Part shown: piece after piece, positions 53,842 to 64,000 of the stretch | Layout: each line of letters starts with the position of its first letter | How positions within the stretch are numbered: position 1 is the stretch's first letter | Origin: Salpingoeca rosetta | Taxonomy: Eukaryota > Protista > Choanoflagellata | Direction: 5' to 3' | Length of the DNA: 64,000 nt | NCBI GenBank assembly: GCA_033442325.1 | Contig: JAWQFM010000008.1 | Span: 1,248,123-1,312,122 of the forward strand | Position numbers and translations under genes: made by a program | Notes under the pieces: model-generated | What the model was told of the DNA's origin: nothing | Databases searched by the model: none | Seen by the model: the letters and a program-made list of their open reading frames with translations, nothing else

Positions 53842-54476
53842 GATCGTTGTCCCCTACCCCTGCGCTATCGTGCTTCCTCCTTTATCGTGGATGCTACTCC
53901 TCTGGACCTCTGTGCCTCTGGATCTCTGTGCCTCCGTGCAGTGTATGCGTATGTGTGCGTTGTTCGCTGTCCTGCACCAACCGTTATGTGGCAGTTCGCA
54001 TAGCCATGAGCGTGTGTGTGTCAGCAGTACCAGTGAGCAACGCCAGCGATGAAAACGAAGGCGCTCAGCCAGCCAACAGGCACAGCCAACAATACGCTCT
54101 CTTTCTCTCTCTCTCTCTCGTGCACACCCACACGCCAGAGGTGTGCCTGCCACCTGTCACACACATGTACACAAGCACATGTACACAAGCACGACCAACA
54201 CACAGTCGTCCAACAACGCACACCACTCACTCACTTTATTCGCCCACAACGAAGCAACAGCAGGAGCGAGTTGTGTGTGTTCCAAAAACGGCACAAGCGC
54301 CCAATACAGCAGAGGACACAGCAGCAAAAGCAGAAGCAGACAACAAGCAAGGCAGGCCAGCAGCCACGAGGTGCAGGTGCACTAAGCAAGCAAAGGCACG
54401 CGGATTGCTGGTGGTGGTGGTGGTGTGGTGGGTGAAGCAGTGAGCGCAAGAAGGGATCCGCAAAAGGGGTCACGCG

Positions 54477-54789
54477 ATGGAGCAACCGGCAAAGCAGGCC
54501 AAGATGTCCACGAGCCCGTCTCGTGCGCACGCGAGAAGTGCAGCTGCGACCGCTGCTGCTGCATCGTCTGCAGCAAACAGCAACCGCAGCAATCATGTGG
54601 CAGGAGGGAACGGGAGTAGCAGTAGTGCAGTGAAGAAGCCAGAGGTGGATGAGACGGAGCCCCTAACCATGCCTCGCACAGCCAAGTCCATCATTCAGAT
54701 CCTGCAGGATATGGGCATCCCATACTTTGAACCGCTCGTTGTGCCACAGCTCCTCGAGTTTTGCCAACGTATGTGCATGCGCGCGTGCA

Positions 54790-54829
<40 letters not shown>

Positions 54830-55132
54830 TGTTTGCTGAGTTGATCTGAGCATCTGTACATGTGTGCGCATGGATGCAATGCCATGACGCACGTTCACTA
54901 TGACTCGTTGATGCCACCAGGATACATCCACAGCATGCTGGAGGACGGCACGAGGTTGGCGGAGCACCGTGTTGGGTCCGACAAGACAGCGGACAGCAGA
55001 GTCAAGGCTGCGGATACAGTCGCTCTAACTGTGGAAGACGTCAAACTGGCCATCCAGAGCAGGATAGACTTTGACAACTCCGCCCCACCACCACGAGAGG
55101 TGCGCACGTGCTTGTGTGCATGCTTGTGTGCA

Positions 55133-55190
<58 letters not shown>

Positions 55191-56093
55191 TGTGGGTGTG
55201 TGTGTGTGTGTATTTGTGCATTGTATGTTGTTCAGCCTTTCTGTTCCTGCTTCCAGCCGTGGACGTGGGTGTGCTCGCATTCGACCCTTTTGTGCGCCCT
55301 TGTGGCTGCCATCATTGTTACGACTCACACCCCTCCTTCCCCCCTCCCTCTTACTCACTCTCTCATGCTGCCCTTGCCCGTGCTAGTATCTGCTTGAGAT
55401 TGCGCGGGAGAAGAACGACATGCCACTTCCCCCGATCCCCGAGAAGCCCGGTCTCCATCTTCCCCAGGAGCGTTACTGTCTCACCAACCCCAACTACACC
55501 GTCAAGCCCGTACCGGTGTGTGTGAGTGTGTGTGAGTGTGTGTGTGTGTGTGTGTGTGGTGTCGTGTTGTGTGCAGCACACATGTGAGTGTGTGTGTGTG
55601 TGTGCTGCTTCACTGTGCTGCTTGTATACTCGTGTGCTTGTGTGCCTGCGCGTGTTCAAGTCCTTGTGAGCACTGACGAACGTGCAACTCATTCGCTTGT
55701 TTCAGAAGAAATCGCGGGACGCGGGGCCGTGGCCGAAGCACTTCACCAAGGTTTGCTAGTGGACACCAACTGACACGCTTGCATTCACCGATGCACGGGG
55801 CAGAAGTGATAGCGTTTGGGGATTGCCTCCTTTCAATTTCGTTCCGCACACACACACACACACGCACACACACACANNNNNNNNNNNNNNNNNNNNNNNN
55901 NNNNNNNNNNNNNNNNNNNNNNNNNNNNNNNNNNNNNNNNNNNNNNNNNNNNNNNNNNNNNNNNNNNNNNNNNNNNCGGGACGTGCCTCCAACTCCTCAC
56001 CCACCTTATCCCTTACGATTCGGTTTATTCGTGCTCGCTTGATTGCCAGCGCTCCCCTACCTAGCACACACACACACACACACGCACACACAC

Positions 56094-56130
<37 letters not shown>

Positions 56131-56543
56131 TATCAACGCAACACATCACCCACCCCAGGACACGGTGCAAGCTGCGAAGCGGGCGCAGATGCAGCGGCGA
56201 ATGCGCGGGAAAGCGGCCGAGGAGAAGGAGGAGGCTGCGACGGCTGGCGAGTTTACACTCGACGACTCGGCAGCCCTGGACCTGAGCACATCTGCTGATG
56301 CAGCGAAAGAGGGCGGTGAGAAGAAGAAGGAAGGAGAGGAGGAAGAAGATAAGAAGCAGGAAGGGGAAAGCGACAAGAAGGAGCAAGAGAAGCAAGCAAG
56401 CGAAGCACTCGCAACAGCAACAACAACAACGACGGCACCAATGGGTTACGTAAGTTTGAATGAAGATGAACAGTGGTGGAGTGACAAGAGTTGGGGTGGA
56501 GGACGTAACATCATGGAGTCACAGGCGGGTATGTTTGTTTGCT

Positions 56544-56575
<32 letters not shown>

Positions 56576-56678
56576 TGCGCGCGCAAACGCTCTCACTCAC
56601 ATGCACATGTGGACATCACAGATGTCTGCTGGACTGCTGGGGAAAACAACAGAGGAAGACGACGACGAATTCGATTAG
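54477..56678 (+). CDS. TAF9: Transcription initiation factor TFIID subunit 9
   Basis: MPRTAKSIIQILQDMGIPYFEPLVVPQLLEFCQR-YIHSMLED, TVEDVKLAIQSRIDFDNSAPPPRE-YLLEIAREKNDMPLPPIPEKPGLHLPQERYCLTNPNY; acidic end EEDDDEFD*. Confidence 0.92.
55877..55976. other. Assembly gap
   Basis: N bases within a TAF9 intron. Confidence 1.
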
Positions 56679-57255
56679 CAATCAATATGCGTGTGTGTGT
56701 TTGTGTGCGTGCGTGCGTGCGTGCGTGTGTGTGTGTGTGGCATTGAGACTGTTGTACTTGAGGGCAACGCCAACTTGTGTGATTTGTTGGTGTGAAGGTG
56801 TCACTGTTGTTGTTGTGTTTGTTTGATGCGCGTTTATGGTTGATTGTGTTTGTGAACAGTGGTGTCACCAAGAAGTAGGCAACACCAGCCAACCAAGGGT
56901 CAAGTAAAAGGTGAACTAACAAGCGATGGAATCAGTGTGTGTGTGTGAGAGAGAATGGGCCAACGAATGAACAACACGCCCAACGAATGAATAACACGCC
57001 CAACGAACACGCAAGAGAACATTTGTGCGTGTGTGTCAAACGCTCTTGGTGAACATGACCAGAACCACGGAAGCGTACAGGGAGTGGAGCTGAACCAACG
57101 AATCATGGTGTGTGCACAGACGTGGCTTGGACACAAATCGTTGTGGACAAGCAAACAAGTGTCGTGTGACTGCATGACGAGACGATAAGATGGGAATGGG
57201 ATCAAGGGAGCCAGAAACGTAACACGAAAGGAAGATGGAAAAGGAACGAGCTGGG

Positions 57256-57478
<223 letters not shown>

Positions 57479-57493
57479 GTGATCGCGTACAGT

Positions 57494-63329
<5,836 letters not shown>

Positions 63330-64000
63330 TGCGCTGAGACTTGGACTGGGACTGCGTGTCAATGGGCACGTGCAGAGACGTGCGCGTGTTGTTCGCGTTG
63401 GTCAAAGTTGGCGGCACGTGTAGGGAGGAGGGCGGGGTGTGGCGCGTGTTTGGGTGAGAGGCAAGGCTCGAGGGAGGAGTGGTTGGTGTGTTGGCTGGTT
63501 GGTTGGTGTGCTGGGTTGGTTGTGGCTCGCGTCCCGTCCAAACGCGATGGTGATGCTGATGCTCTGTCGGAAGGCTGTTGGAAATGTAAGTTGTCACACA
63601 CAGAGCAACCACAGGTGTTGCTCTGCAGCTTCGCGAGGATTGATGTGAGGGATTGGTACTTGCTGCTGCTGTTGCTGCCGGTGCTGATGGTGGTGGGTGG
63701 GTTGGGGGAATGCGGCACACACACACACACACACACGAGCGGAAGAGGAGGTGGCGTGTGTGATGATACCTGTTGTGATCAACAACTGCGACACCCACAC
63801 AAACAACACGGCGTCTGATATTGCTTCTTTCGAAATTCGTGCATGCACGCAAACGACGAGCAAGACTTTGGGAGTGATGTGGCTTTGCTGTTTTGTTGGT
63901 TGCGTTGTGTTGACTTGCTTGCGGCTGTTGCTCCTGCTGTTGTGAGTCTTGTGCTGTTGTTGTTGGGTTGGCGTGTGTGAGGCTTGCTTGATGTTGCTTC

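Overview
Intron-rich, GC-rich eukaryotic genomic DNA whose introns are full of (GT)n/(CA)n microsatellites. The style and gene content suggest a choanoflagellate such as Salpingoeca rosetta (inference). There are four assembly gaps. I reconstructed 14 protein-coding genes by manual splicing: a WD40 protein ending in a CaaX box (5' part outside the window), an intronless Gpt2/Sct1-type glycerol-3-phosphate acyltransferase, a membrane protein with an HPD-less J-like domain, an EGF/TNFR/HYR single-pass receptor (frameshifted), a PPP4R4-like HEAT protein, a PHD-JmjC demethylase (KDM7/PHF8 family), a GH25 lysozyme (frame-disrupted), a Tyr/Thr/Pro-repeat mucin-like membrane protein (5' end tandemly duplicated), an AGMO-like hydroxylase, UBC13/UBE2N, an OFA-family MFS transporter, TMEM87, TAF9, and a WD40 plus degenerate-kinase protein. 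The most unusual non-coding features are a perfect 182-bp inverted repeat enclosing a structured spacer with a 26-bp palindrome (2345-3032), an identical 36-bp intronic element found twice next to CA tracts, two inferred GC-AG introns, and 5'-GT/3'-CA microsatellite bracketing of introns. No rRNA, tRNA, CRISPR array or transposase ORF was recognised. Most ORFs in the supplied track are microsatellite artefacts.
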